Below, piece by piece: positions 53,688 to 63,124 of a DNA stretch of 64,000 nucleotides. The notes below the pieces were generated by a model, which did no database searches, was not told where the DNA came from, and saw only the letters and a list, made by a program, of their open reading frames with translations. A program made the position numbers and the translations under genes. This stretch comes from Eubacteriales bacterium (lineage in GTDB: Bacteria > Bacillota > Clostridia > Oscillospirales > CAG-272). Location: contig JAZRCL010000097.1 in NCBI GenBank assembly GCA_045659745.1, positions 2,881 to 66,880 on the forward strand. The letters are read 5' to 3'. How positions within the stretch are numbered: position 1 is the first letter of the stretch; every line of letters begins with the position of its first letter.

Positions 53688-54575
53688 TTACTCTATGTTC
53701 TGTATCTGCTCGCGTATTTTTTCAAGCTCGGTCTTTACCTCCACAACAAGCCTTGCAATATCCGCGTTTGAGCACTTTGAACCTGTTGTGTTTATCTCGC
53801 GGTTCATTTCCTGAAGCAAGAAGTCAAGACTTCTGCCCACGGGATCGTTTGAATCAAGATAGTTGTAGACCGCCACGAAGTGCGAGTTGAGTCTCACAAG
53901 CTCCTCGTCTATCGCCGCCTTGTCGGCGTAAATCGCGCACTCTGTGAGTATTCTGTTTTCGTCCACCGTCACGTTATTGTCAGCAAGCACCGCGCGGAGC
54001 TTTTCCTCAAGCTTTGACTTATATCCGCCAATGTCCTGCTCGGAAAGCGACTTGATGTTTGCCACGATTTCCTGTATATGAGCCGCCTTGCCTGCAAGGT
54101 CCGTCTTGATTCTCTCGCCCTCGGCAATTCTTGCTCCTATAAACGCGTCTGTCGCCGCGCAGAGTACAATCTCAAGGTCCTCCCAGTCGCGCTGGTCGTC
54201 ATCCTTCTTTCTGAAAGTCAAAACGTCCGGCACTTTTGCCACGTCCATGACGGTTATCTCGCCCGAGAGCCCAAAGTCATCCTTGAGCTTTTTCAGCGCC
54301 GCTATATAATTCTGTGCATATTCGGTATTTACCGTGATCTCGGTATCCGCGCTCTCGGTAAACTCAACCGAGATAAATACGTCCACCTTGCCTCGCGATA
54401 TTCCCTTTTCTTGAAGATAGGGCTTTATTTTCTGCTCCAGATGAGAATAAACTCTCGGGAGCTTCACCTGACAGTCAAAATATCTGTTGTTTACGGACTT
54501 TATCTCAACCGTTATGTCCTTTCCCCCGACCGTCTGGCGACTTCGCCCAAAGGACGTCATACTTTTCAGCATCAA
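53688..54575 (-). CDS. yicC: YicC/YloC family endoribonuclease
   Basis: MLKSMTSFGR start, C-terminal DUF1732 region LLQEMNREINTTGSK. Confidence 0.9.
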   Translation of the reverse strand: MMLKSMTSFGRSRQTVGGKDITVEIKSVNNRYFDCQVKLPRVYSHLEQKIKPYLQEKGISRGKVDVFISVEFTESADTEITVNTEYAQNYIAALKKLKDDFGLSGEITVMDVAKVPDVLTFRKKDDDQRDWEDLEIVLCAATDAFIGARIAEGERIKTDLAGKAAHIQEIVANIKSLSEQDIGGYKSKLEEKLRAVLADNNVTVDENRILTECAIYADKAAIDEELVRLNSHFVAVYNYLDSNDPVGRSLDFLLQEMNREINTTGSKCSNADIARLVVEVKTELEKIREQIQNIE

Positions 54576-54691
54576 ATCAGCCTCCCTCGTAAAATTGCGT
54601 ATATATAATTATTTTAATACTTTTTTTATATCTTGTCAAGTTTTTGTGAACAATTATTTACTTATTGTTCATTCTTTGTTTGCTTTTGCGC

Positions 54692-54738
54692 TTAAAAATC
54701 AAAATCATGCCGAAGGGGTATTTTTCCCCTCCGACATG
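54692..54738 (-). terminator. Rho-independent terminator after the GtrA gene
   Basis: Minus strand: CATGTCGGAGGGG-AAAAATA-CCCCTTCGGCATG (13 bp including two G-U), followed by ATTTTGATTTTT. Confidence 0.75.
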
Positions 54739-54752
54739 ACGGTTTGTTTGTA

Positions 54753-55274
54753 TTATTTTTGAGATTTGCTCTTGAACACGAAAAATTTGCTGAAATAATA
54801 ATTGGCAATTATCTCGATGACGGAGTAAATTACAAGCGCCGCCGTAGTGCCGAGTATCTCTGCCGAAAGGGTTATTCCGAGCAAAGTGAGATCACCCACG
54901 ATTATCGCCGCAAACAAAAGCTCAAGCAGATACTGAAGCACAAGTGAAAGCAGAAGCGTTATCACTCTTCCCTCGGCAAAAATCAAAAGCTGCTTGCCTG
55001 TCGAAACATCTTGATCCGCCTCGGTAAACACCCACTTTTTGTTGGTGTAAAACGCGACCAAAACTCCCGAGCACCATTTGAGCGTGTTCGCGATAATGTT
55101 CGTCACAAGGTATTTTGCGCTGTCCTTTCCTTGCTCAAGCGAGCCGAATACAGTCTTTCCTATCCAAAGCGTAAGATAGAACACCGAAAAGGACACGATA
55201 GTCGTTATAACTCCAAAGAAAAGATATTTGATTACAACCTTGTGCTTTTCGTAAAATTCCTTTATTTTAGACAT
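54753..55274 (-). CDS. GtrA-family membrane protein
   Basis: ORF starts at TTG 55286; ATG 55274 follows GGAGAGAGG. 4 TM; YLFFGVITT.. and NKKWVF motifs typical of GtrA-like proteins. Confidence 0.8.
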   Translation of the reverse strand: MSKIKEFYEKHKVVIKYLFFGVITTIVSFSVFYLTLWIGKTVFGSLEQGKDSAKYLVTNIIANTLKWCSGVLVAFYTNKKWVFTEADQDVSTGKQLLIFAEGRVITLLLSLVLQYLLELLFAAIIVGDLTLLGITLSAEILGTTAALVIYSVIEIIANYYFSKFFVFKSKSQK

Positions 55275-55287
55275 TCCTCTCTCCAAT

Positions 55288-56736
55288 TTAACCGATTTTG
55301 AATGTCGTTCCCTCGCGAGAGTCTATGAGCGTGACGCCCTTGTCAAGGAGGTACTGACGTATGCGGTCAGCCTCGGCAAAATTTTTGTCCTTCTTTGCCT
55401 GCTTCCTCTGCTCGATAAGAGAAAGAATTTCCTGAACGAGCGGATCGCTCTCGTCGTATGCAGTAGCAACCTTTGCCTTTTCTTCTGCCTTCTTTTCATC
55501 TCTTACCTTTGCAGCTGCTTCAATAAGTCCGCAGGACAGAACTCTGTCAAAGTCCGCAACAAGCGCGAGCTTTGTCTTTCCGTTTGTCTTGAGCTTGAGT
55601 ACGTCGTAAAGCGCAGTAATCGCAAGTGAGGTGTTAAGGTCGTTGTCAAGAGCGTCTGTAAATCTCTTTTTGCCTTCCGCAAAAGCCTCCGCATCAAGCT
55701 CGCCGTCATTGGGATCAAGCTGGGCAAGTCTTGCTATGAGCTTGTTATAGGAAACTGTTGAGTTATCAAGGTTTTCGTAAGAGAAAACAAGATTTTTTCT
55801 GTAATGCGACTGCAAGCAGAAGAATCTGTATGCAAGGGGATTATATCCCTTGGACTCAAGTAAGGAAACAGTCAAAAACTCACCCGCAGACTTGGACATC
55901 TTGCCCGAGGTTGTGTTTAAGTGATAGACGTGGAACCAATAGTTGCACCACTTGTGTCCAACAAAGGACTCGGTCTGCGCTATCTCATTGGTATGATGGG
56001 GGAACTGATTGTCAATTCCGCCACAGTGTATATCAAGATATTCGCCAAGATATTTCATGCTTATTCCCGAACATTCAATATGCCAGCCGGGATATCCAAT
56101 TCCCCAAGGGGAATCCCACTTAAGCTCCTGCGAATCAAACTTGGACTTTGTAAACCAAAGCACGAAGTCTGCCTTGTTCTTCTTGTTTGCGTCACCCTCA
56201 ACGCCCTCACGGACTCCTACCTCGAGGTCTTCCTCCTCAAAGTCATTGAAAATGTAGTACTGCTCAAGCTTTGACGTGTCAAAATACACGTTTCCGCCTG
56301 CCACGTAAGCATATCCGCGCTCAAGAAGTCCCTCAACGAGCGCAATAAACTCGGGTATGCATCCCGTTGCGGGAGCAATTATATCGGGCTTTTTGATATT
56401 AAGCTTTACGCAGTCCGCAAAAAACGCGTCAGTATAAAACTGTGCTATCTCAAGCACGGTCTTATGCTCGCGCTTAGCTCCCTTGAGCATCTTGTCCTCG
56501 CCCGTGTCGCCATCGCTGGACAGGTGTCCTACGTCGGTGATGTTCATAACTCGGGTGACGTCAAGTCCGCTGTATGAAAGGTACTTTTCAAGCACGTCCT
56601 CCATAATGTATGTACGGAGGTTTCCTATGTGCGCGAAATGATAAACGGTAGGTCCGCAGGTATACATGCTGACCTTTCCCTCCTCGCGCGGTATAAATTC
56701 TTCTCTTTTTCTTGTTGCAGAGTTATATAAAATCAT
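55288..56736 (-). CDS. cysS: Cysteine--tRNA ligase
   Basis: HIGNLRTY (HIGH) and GKMSKSAG (KMSKS) motifs; 482 aa. Confidence 0.97.
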   Translation of the reverse strand: MILYNSATRKREEFIPREEGKVSMYTCGPTVYHFAHIGNLRTYIMEDVLEKYLSYSGLDVTRVMNITDVGHLSSDGDTGEDKMLKGAKREHKTVLEIAQFYTDAFFADCVKLNIKKPDIIAPATGCIPEFIALVEGLLERGYAYVAGGNVYFDTSKLEQYYIFNDFEEEDLEVGVREGVEGDANKKNKADFVLWFTKSKFDSQELKWDSPWGIGYPGWHIECSGISMKYLGEYLDIHCGGIDNQFPHHTNEIAQTESFVGHKWCNYWFHVYHLNTTSGKMSKSAGEFLTVSLLESKGYNPLAYRFFCLQSHYRKNLVFSYENLDNSTVSYNKLIARLAQLDPNDGELDAEAFAEGKKRFTDALDNDLNTSLAITALYDVLKLKTNGKTKLALVADFDRVLSCGLIEAAAKVRDEKKAEEKAKVATAYDESDPLVQEILSLIEQRKQAKKDKNFAEADRIRQYLLDKGVTLIDSREGTTFKIG

Positions 56737-56748
56737 AAATTTCTCCTA

Positions 56749-57606
56749 TCAGCTCTCAATAAGTCTCGCAATTTTCTGTCCGACGAAAAGTATCTTTCGC
56801 CCGAAATCCTTGCGCACGTAGCTTTCGCTCGGTACATCCCAAGCTCTGACCTCTATATTTATATATCCAATGTATCCTATCTCTGTGAGCGCACTCGCTA
56901 CGGCATCCCAATCAATTTTGCCATCAAATGGCATCATATGTGAGTCGGTGTAGCTGTTGTTGTCGTGCGCGTGGACTGTCATAAGTCTGCCCTTGAGACA
57001 CAAAATATCATTCACGGGTCTTCCCGAAATATTTGCATGACCAAAATCCCAGCAGACTCCCACGCCAAGCGCATCGGCAAGCGACAAAATCTCCGCCGCG
57101 GTACAGCCGAAAAGGTGGTCGCCGTCTCCTTCGCAGGAGCTTGCCATATTCTCAATACAGAGCTTTACTCCCTTTTTATCAGCATACTCGCGAATGGGTG
57201 TCAAAAATTCCATATTTGCTCTTGCCCACGTCTCCACGCTGAATCTTTTTTTGTGAAGCGCGATGGGGTGTATGACCGCAAGCGGTATGCCCATTGTCGC
57301 TGCCGCGTCTATCCCCGCTCTTACGTCGCGTGAATATCCCTCCATAGCCACCTTATCCATCGGGTCTGGCATATAAAACGGCAAATGACAGGACGGAATA
57401 TCAAGATTTTTCTGCATAGCTCTCTGCTTTGCCGAATAAAGAACGGTCCTGTATGAATCGTCAGATGCTCTCAGGCTGTCAAACGACATATCAACACCGT
57501 CAAATCCGATCTCCGACATATAATCTATCATTCCCGTGATTGAAAATCTTCCGTGCGGGTGATCCGAATATATTCTCGACGGTGCGCAAACCCTGATTTT
57601 TGACAT
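56749..57606 (-). CDS. Sugar phosphate isomerase/epimerase (xylose-isomerase-like TIM barrel) family protein
   Basis: 285 aa. Pattern of His/Asp/Glu metal ligands (IENM, WDFGHAN, HAHDN) typical of AP-endonuclease-2/TIM barrel proteins. Confidence 0.8.
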   Translation of the reverse strand: MSKIRVCAPSRIYSDHPHGRFSITGMIDYMSEIGFDGVDMSFDSLRASDDSYRTVLYSAKQRAMQKNLDIPSCHLPFYMPDPMDKVAMEGYSRDVRAGIDAAATMGIPLAVIHPIALHKKRFSVETWARANMEFLTPIREYADKKGVKLCIENMASSCEGDGDHLFGCTAAEILSLADALGVGVCWDFGHANISGRPVNDILCLKGRLMTVHAHDNNSYTDSHMMPFDGKIDWDAVASALTEIGYIGYINIEVRAWDVPSESYVRKDFGRKILFVGQKIARLIES

Positions 57607-57691
57607 GATATTCCTCCTTTTCCAAGTTTGTTTTGAAGTTTTGTAAGCTTAGCTGTCGCCCGGGCGGCGCCAACTGCTCATAGCTAATTTG

Positions 57692-57720
57692 ATTATATCA
57701 AAAAATCCAGTGTTTGTCAA
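57692..57720 (-). promoter_or_regulatory. Sigma-A-type promoter for the isomerase-cysS-gtrA operon
   Basis: Minus strand: TTGACA (57720-57715), 17 nt, TGaTATAAT (hexamer 57697-57692). Confidence 0.6.
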
Positions 57721-57831
57721 TGATTTTCTGCAAGTTTAAGGGGATTGTAAGCCCTTCTCCCCTTGCGTAGAGCTTGAAATTTTTTATATAAAGTTTTTTG
57801 TGTGAAAATATACAAACTTGAAATTTATTTC

Positions 57832-57860
57832 TTGACTGGTATGCGGTTTTGATATATAAT
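57832..57860 (+). promoter_or_regulatory. Sigma-A-type promoter for serC-serA-nagB
   Basis: TTGACT (57832-57837), 17 nt, TATAAT (57855-57860). Confidence 0.6.
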
Positions 57861-57929
57861 TAGTAGTGACAAGGGCTTTGCTCTTCAAACCGTAAGTCAA
57901 AGATATATTTCATTTGTGGAGGTTTTACC

Positions 57930-59027
57930 ATGAACAGAGTTTACAATTTTTCCGCAGGTCCCTCTATGCTTCCCGTCCCCGTGCTTGAGCGCGCGCAGAG
58001 TGAGCTTTTGTGCTACGGCAATTCAGGTATGTCAGTAATGGAAATGAGCCACCGCTCCCCCGACTACGAGAAAATCATTGCAGATGCTGAAGCAAATCTC
58101 CGTTCGCTTATGAATATTCCCGATAATTACAAGGTGTTGTTCCTTCAGGGCGGCGCGTCAACGCAGTTCTCGGCAATACCTCTCAATCTCATAAACCTCA
58201 AGCCCGCCAAGAAGGCTCTTTACGCAGTTTCGGGTCAATTCTCGGGCAAGGCATACAAGGAAGCGCAGAAGATGGGCTTTAACGCAAAGTGTATCGCCAC
58301 AACAAAGGACGAAAATTTCACTCGCGTTCCCACTATCACAAGGGATATGGTAGATCAGGACGCTTCCTATCTGCACATCTGCTTTAATAACACAATCTAC
58401 GGCACAAAGTTCCCCGAGCTCCCCGACGCAGGAGACGTTCCGATAGTTGCGGACCTTTCCTCCTGCATCATTTCCGAGCCTATTGACGTGTCAAAATTCG
58501 GCGTCATCTACGCAGGCGCGCAGAAGAATATGGCTCCTGCCGGTCTCACGCTCGTTATAGTGCGCGAGGACCTTCTCGGATATGCCGACGAGTCCATTCC
58601 CACCATGCTTGATTGGAAGGTTATGGCTGACAACGACTCCATGTATAACACTCCCCCCACGTACACCATTTATATGGCAGGACTAGTTTGCGAGTGGATT
58701 CTCTCCATCGGCGGTCTTGACGTTATGAAGGAGATGAACTACAAGAAGGCAAATCTTCTTTACGATTACCTTGACAGTCAGTCTTACTACACCGCTCCCG
58801 TGCATAAAAACTCCCGCTCACTTATGAACGTCACTTTTGTCACAGGAGACGCAGATCTTGATAAAAAGTTTGCATCCGAGGCGTCGGCGGCAGGGCTCAA
58901 GAACCTCAAGGGACACCGCTCGGTAGGCGGTATGAGAGCATCAATTTATAACGCTATGCCCTATGACGGAGTTGTCGCTCTCGTTGAGTTTATGAAAAAG
59001 TTCGCAGAAGAAAATCCCAAGGCGTAA
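57930..59027 (+). CDS. serC: 3-phosphoserine/phosphohydroxythreonine aminotransferase
   Basis: MNRVYNFSAGPSMLP start, GGASTQF, IYAGAQKNMAPAG PLP-lysine region. Confidence 0.95.
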   Translation: MNRVYNFSAGPSMLPVPVLERAQSELLCYGNSGMSVMEMSHRSPDYEKIIADAEANLRSLMNIPDNYKVLFLQGGASTQFSAIPLNLINLKPAKKALYAVSGQFSGKAYKEAQKMGFNAKCIATTKDENFTRVPTITRDMVDQDASYLHICFNNTIYGTKFPELPDAGDVPIVADLSSCIISEPIDVSKFGVIYAGAQKNMAPAGLTLVIVREDLLGYADESIPTMLDWKVMADNDSMYNTPPTYTIYMAGLVCEWILSIGGLDVMKEMNYKKANLLYDYLDSQSYYTAPVHKNSRSLMNVTFVTGDADLDKKFASEASAAGLKNLKGHRSVGGMRASIYNAMPYDGVVALVEFMKKFAEENPKA

Positions 59028-59047
59028 GCGCGAAAGGAAACTAAACT

Positions 59048-60199
59048 ATGAACATAAAGCTTCTCAATAAAATAGCAAAGGTCGGCACAAGCAGGCTCCC
59101 CGCTGACAGATACACGGTAGGTGAGGACGTCGGCGCGCCCGCGGGCATAATGGTGCGATCGGCGGCTATGCACGACTATGAATTTAACCCTGAGCTGCTC
59201 GCAATAGCAAGAGCAGGCGCGGGTGTAAACAACATTCCCCTTGACAGATGCACGGGAGAGGGTATTGTAGTCTTCAATACCCCAGGAGCAAACGCAAACG
59301 GAGTAAAGGAGCTTGCCATCTGCGGTCTTATGCTCGCATCCCGTGATATTGTGGGCGGAATAGAATGGGCGAAAACTCTCACGACCGACGTTGCAAAAAC
59401 GGTCGAGAAGGGCAAGAGCCAGTTTGCAGGCACAGAAATAATGGGTAAAACTCTCGGAATTATAGGACTTGGCGCTATCGGTAAGCTGGTAGCTAATACC
59501 GCCGTCCATCTCGGAATGGACGTCATTGGCTATGATCGCAACCTCACAGCCAACGGCAAATGGGATCTCGACCCCAGCGTCCGCAAGGGATCAACACACG
59601 AGATCATATACGCGCAATCCGACTTTATCTCGCTTCACGTCCCCTCCACCCCCGAGACCAAGGGAATGATAAACAAGGATACCATTGCGCTTATGAAGGA
59701 CGGCGTCAAAATTCTCAATTTTGCTCGCGCAGATCTCGTAAACGCAGAAGACTTAAAGGCGGCTCTTGAGTGTGGCAAGGTGTCCGCATACGTCACCGAC
59801 TTCCCCACCGAAGATGTTATTGGAGTCAAGGGTGTTGTGGCTATTCCCCACCTTGGCGCGTCTACGGCAGAGTCCGAGGATAACTGTGCAATTATGGCTG
59901 CCACCCAGCTTGACGATTATCTGACAAACGGCAACATCAAAAACAGCGTAAACTTTCCCGCAGTCTCAATGGAAAGAAGCACAGATTGCCGCATATGCGT
60001 CCTACACAAAAACACCCCCTCTATACTCTCGACAATTACCGAGATCCTCTCGGAGTGTGGGACAAATATTGAAAATATGGCAAGCAAATCTCGCGGCGAC
60101 GCAGCATATACTATCCTTGACGTCGTCGGATATGCAAATAACGATATTATCGCAAAGCTTAACTCTGCCGAGGGTATTATCCGAGTAAGAGTAATTTGA
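59048..60199 (+). CDS. serA: D-3-phosphoglycerate dehydrogenase (short form with a C-terminal ACT domain)
   Basis: GIIGLGAIGKLVA NAD fold, HLGAST catalytic His region, ACT-like tail. Confidence 0.9.
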   Translation: MNIKLLNKIAKVGTSRLPADRYTVGEDVGAPAGIMVRSAAMHDYEFNPELLAIARAGAGVNNIPLDRCTGEGIVVFNTPGANANGVKELAICGLMLASRDIVGGIEWAKTLTTDVAKTVEKGKSQFAGTEIMGKTLGIIGLGAIGKLVANTAVHLGMDVIGYDRNLTANGKWDLDPSVRKGSTHEIIYAQSDFISLHVPSTPETKGMINKDTIALMKDGVKILNFARADLVNAEDLKAALECGKVSAYVTDFPTEDVIGVKGVVAIPHLGASTAESEDNCAIMAATQLDDYLTNGNIKNSVNFPAVSMERSTDCRICVLHKNTPSILSTITEILSECGTNIENMASKSRGDAAYTILDVVGYANNDIIAKLNSAEGIIRVRVI

Positions 60200-60216
60200 T
60201 TTTATGTGAGGTACAT

Positions 60217-60945
60217 ATGAAAGTTATTGTTGTAAAGGACTACAATGAAATGTCAAACAAGGCGGCAGAGATGCTCTCCGCAGTTATCAAAAACAAGCCT
60301 GATTGCGTGCTAGGACTCGCAACGGGAAGCACTCCCGAGGGGCTTTATGCAAATCTTGTGGAGCTTTACAAAAAGGGTGAGCTTGATTTTTCAAAGGTCA
60401 GCTCGGTAAACCTTGACGAGTATTATCCCATTTCCCCCGAAAACGACCAGAGCTACCGCTATTTTATGAATTATAATTTGTTCGACCACGTCAACATTGA
60501 TAAAAGCAACACCCACGTGCCCAACGGTCTTGCAGAAGACGCAGAGGCGGCTTGCAAGGCTCACGAGGACACAATAGACCGTCTTGGCGGAATGGATATT
60601 CAGGTGCTCGGTATTGGTCAGAACGGGCATATCGGCTTTAATGAGCCTACAGATAACCCCGTTCCCTTCACACACGTTGAAAAGCTGACTGAAAGTACAA
60701 TAAAGGCAAACGCGAGATTTTTTGAGTCCGAGGCTGACGTGCCCACCCACTCACTGACGATGGGAATACAGAGCATACTCAAGGCTCGCAGTATAGTAGT
60801 TCTCGCCTCGGGAAGCTCCAAGGCAAACGCTATACACGCTATGCTCAAGGAGGCTCCAACACCCCGCTGTCCCGCGTCTCTGCTTCACTCGCACCCCGAC
60901 GTGACCGTCATCTGCGACGAGGCCGCGTACAGTCTTTGCAAATAA
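60217..60945 (+). CDS. nagB: Glucosamine-6-phosphate deaminase
   Basis: ORF 60196..60945; ATG 60217 follows GAGG. LGLATGSTP and GIGQNGHIGFNEP motifs. Confidence 0.93.
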   Translation: MKVIVVKDYNEMSNKAAEMLSAVIKNKPDCVLGLATGSTPEGLYANLVELYKKGELDFSKVSSVNLDEYYPISPENDQSYRYFMNYNLFDHVNIDKSNTHVPNGLAEDAEAACKAHEDTIDRLGGMDIQVLGIGQNGHIGFNEPTDNPVPFTHVEKLTESTIKANARFFESEADVPTHSLTMGIQSILKARSIVVLASGSSKANAIHAMLKEAPTPRCPASLLHSHPDVTVICDEAAYSLCK

Positions 60946-60952
60946 TCTCAAG

Positions 60953-60977
60953 AGCTCCGACCAAGTCGGAGCTTTTT
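60953..60977 (+). terminator. Rho-independent terminator after nagB
   Basis: AGCTCCGAC-CAA-GTCGGAGCT followed by TTTTTAT. Confidence 0.8.
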
Positions 60978-60995
60978 ATATTTCAACCGTGAATA

Positions 60996-61024
60996 TTGAC
61001 ACGAATTGCCAAAAATGATATAAT
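60996..61024 (+). promoter_or_regulatory. Sigma-A-type promoter for ktrB-ktrA
   Basis: TTGACA (60996-61001), 17 nt, TGaTATAAT (hexamer 61019-61024). Confidence 0.65.
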
Positions 61025-61056
61025 ATATCTATAAATCTGGTAAGGAGGGACCGAAT

Positions 61057-62418
61057 ATGAAGACAAAGCGCAAATTTGTTATGTCAACGGCACAGATAAT
61101 TTTGCTCAGCTTTATTATTGCCGTCCTTATTGGAAGTCTGCTTTTGTGGTTGCCGATAAGCTCGGCTGACGGCAAAAGCGTGCCCTATATAGATGCATTG
61201 TTCACCGCCACGACGTCTGCCTGCGTGACGGGACTCGTCACTCTGCCGACCGTCAGCACGTGGAGCATCTTCGGTCAGGTCGTTATCCTTTTGCTGATAC
61301 AGATAGGCGGTCTTGGAGTTATAACCGTAATGTCGGGGTTCATGCTCGCCTTGCATCACAAAATGGGACTTGGCGACAGACTTCTCATTCAGGACGCGTT
61401 TAACCTCAACACACTTTCGGGACTTACGTCATTTATCAAAAAAGTCATAATCGGCACGATTGCCGTTGAGGGCGTTGGCGCCCTGCTTTATATGATCGTC
61501 TTTATTCCCGATTTTGGCGCTCGAGGTATATGGATCTCAATTTTCAATTCCGTCTCTGCGTTCTGCAACGCGGGAATAGACATAATCGCAACCGACAGTC
61601 TTTGCTCCTACGCGACAAATCCATTAGTCAATATAGTCACCTGCTTGCTTATTGTGATCGGCGGTATAGGCTATATCGTGTGGTGGGATCTTGCGAGAGT
61701 TGTTTCAGAGTTCAAGAAAAAAGGGCTAAAGTGCCTGCGTTCGCTCACTCTGCACAGCAAAATCGCAATCTGGGCAACTTTAATTCTTATATTTACGGGC
61801 GGCGCTTTGATATTCGCCTTTGAATACAACAATCCGGCAACAATCGGAGATATGTCTCTCTTTGATAAAATACAGGTCAGCCTTTTCCAGTCAGTCACAA
61901 CCAGAACCGCAGGCTTAGCAAGTCTGCCGCAGGAAAATCTGACAAACGCTTCGTCAATTCTCTGTCTTGTTCTGATGTTTATCGGCGGCTCTCCCGTGGG
62001 AACTGCGGGCGGTATCAAGACGGTCACTGTTGCAGTATTGTTCGCTTCCGCATACTCAACTGTTCTTGGCAAGGACGAGGTCACACTCTTTGGCAGAAAC
62101 ATTTCCCGCGAGGCATTGAGAAAATCCGTTGCCGTGCTTGGCGCGTCATTCTCTATAATGCTTATCTCCACCCTTGCTCTGTCGGCTTGCACGGACGCCT
62201 CGGTCATTGATATTCTGTATGAGACCGTTAGCGCGACCGCGACAGTAGGACTTACCCGTGGCGTGACTTCAATACTCAACACGGCAGGCAAGATTATAAT
62301 TATTGCGACAATGTATCTTGGGCGCGTAGGTCCTATTTCCCTCGCGTTTGCATTGAACGTGAAAAAGAAGACGCAGAACATAATAAAAAATCCCTCTGAG
62401 GACATCAGCGTGGGATAA
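61057..62418 (+). CDS. ktrB: TrkH/KtrB-family potassium transporter membrane subunit
   Basis: 453 aa with repeated M1-P-M2 units. Selectivity-filter-like segments TACVTGL, NAGID, RTAGL, GGIKT. Confidence 0.9.
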   Translation: MKTKRKFVMSTAQIILLSFIIAVLIGSLLLWLPISSADGKSVPYIDALFTATTSACVTGLVTLPTVSTWSIFGQVVILLLIQIGGLGVITVMSGFMLALHHKMGLGDRLLIQDAFNLNTLSGLTSFIKKVIIGTIAVEGVGALLYMIVFIPDFGARGIWISIFNSVSAFCNAGIDIIATDSLCSYATNPLVNIVTCLLIVIGGIGYIVWWDLARVVSEFKKKGLKCLRSLTLHSKIAIWATLILIFTGGALIFAFEYNNPATIGDMSLFDKIQVSLFQSVTTRTAGLASLPQENLTNASSILCLVLMFIGGSPVGTAGGIKTVTVAVLFASAYSTVLGKDEVTLFGRNISREALRKSVAVLGASFSIMLISTLALSACTDASVIDILYETVSATATVGLTRGVTSILNTAGKIIIIATMYLGRVGPISLAFALNVKKKTQNIIKNPSEDISVG

Positions 62419-62433
62419 GGAAAGGATGTTTTT

Positions 62434-63084
62434 ATGAGTATAAATCAGACTTATGCAGTATTCGGTCTCGGAAGATACGGCTTGGCTGTAGCTAAAGAGC
62501 TTGTAGATAGCGGCGCAGAGGTGCTTGCAATAGATATTGACGAGAGTATCGTAAATTACGCGGCGGCATTTATTCCTGTTTGCAGATGCGCCGATGTCAC
62601 CGACCCCGAGGTGCTTTCCCGTCTCGGAGTTGGAAATATAGACACCGTTATTATCGCTATGGCGGAAAATCTTGAGGCGAGCGTGCTTGCAACTATGCTT
62701 TGCAAAGAGGCGGGAGTTAAGACAGTCATTGCCAAGAGCGCGAATGAAACACACAAAAAAATACTCAGTCGCGTGGGAGCGGACAAGGTAGTCTTCCCTG
62801 AGAGCGAGTCAGGAACAAGACTTGCTAAAAATCTACTCTCATCTGGCTTTGTGGATATGATTGAGCTTGCAAAAAACGTCTCTATGATAGAGCTTGACGT
62901 CAAAGACGAATGGGTGGGTAAAAACCTGCTTGAGCTTAATCTTAGAAAGAAATATTCCATAAACATCGTGGCTATCCGCTCCCGCGACAACGTGCGTATT
63001 GAGATAAATCCCGAAACTCCCCTTGAAGCGGACGAAAAGCTTATAGTCATCGCAAACACTTCAAAATTGAACAGATTAAAGTAA
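62434..63084 (+). CDS. ktrA: TrkA/KtrA-family potassium uptake regulatory (RCK) subunit
   Basis: FGLGRYG Rossmann motif, RCK_N + RCK_C layout, 216 aa. Confidence 0.9.
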   Translation: MSINQTYAVFGLGRYGLAVAKELVDSGAEVLAIDIDESIVNYAAAFIPVCRCADVTDPEVLSRLGVGNIDTVIIAMAENLEASVLATMLCKEAGVKTVIAKSANETHKKILSRVGADKVVFPESESGTRLAKNLLSSGFVDMIELAKNVSMIELDVKDEWVGKNLLELNLRKKYSINIVAIRSRDNVRIEINPETPLEADEKLIVIANTSKLNRLK

Positions 63085-63087
63085 TAT

Positions 63088-63124
63088 AAAAAACGGCATT
63101 TGCGCTTGCAAATGCCGTTTTTAT
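63088..63124. terminator. Bidirectional terminator between convergent ktrA and the thioesterase gene
   Basis: ACGGCATTTGC-GCTT-GCAAATGCCGT flanked by an A-run and a T-run. Confidence 0.85.

Noticed and set aside
57607-57720. T-box leader expected upstream of a cysS-containing operon
   Set aside because: The transcript from the mapped promoter has a leader of only about 80 nt. It has no specifier loop or T-box sequence (AAnnnGGGTGGnACC-like) that I could find. cysS is also the second gene, after an isomerase-family gene.
60978-61056. c-di-AMP (ydaO/kimA-type) riboswitch upstream of ktrB-ktrA
   Set aside because: Only about 30 nt lie between the predicted -10 and the ATG, which is far too short for that aptamer. 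No conserved ACGGGG/CCCGA-type elements were seen.
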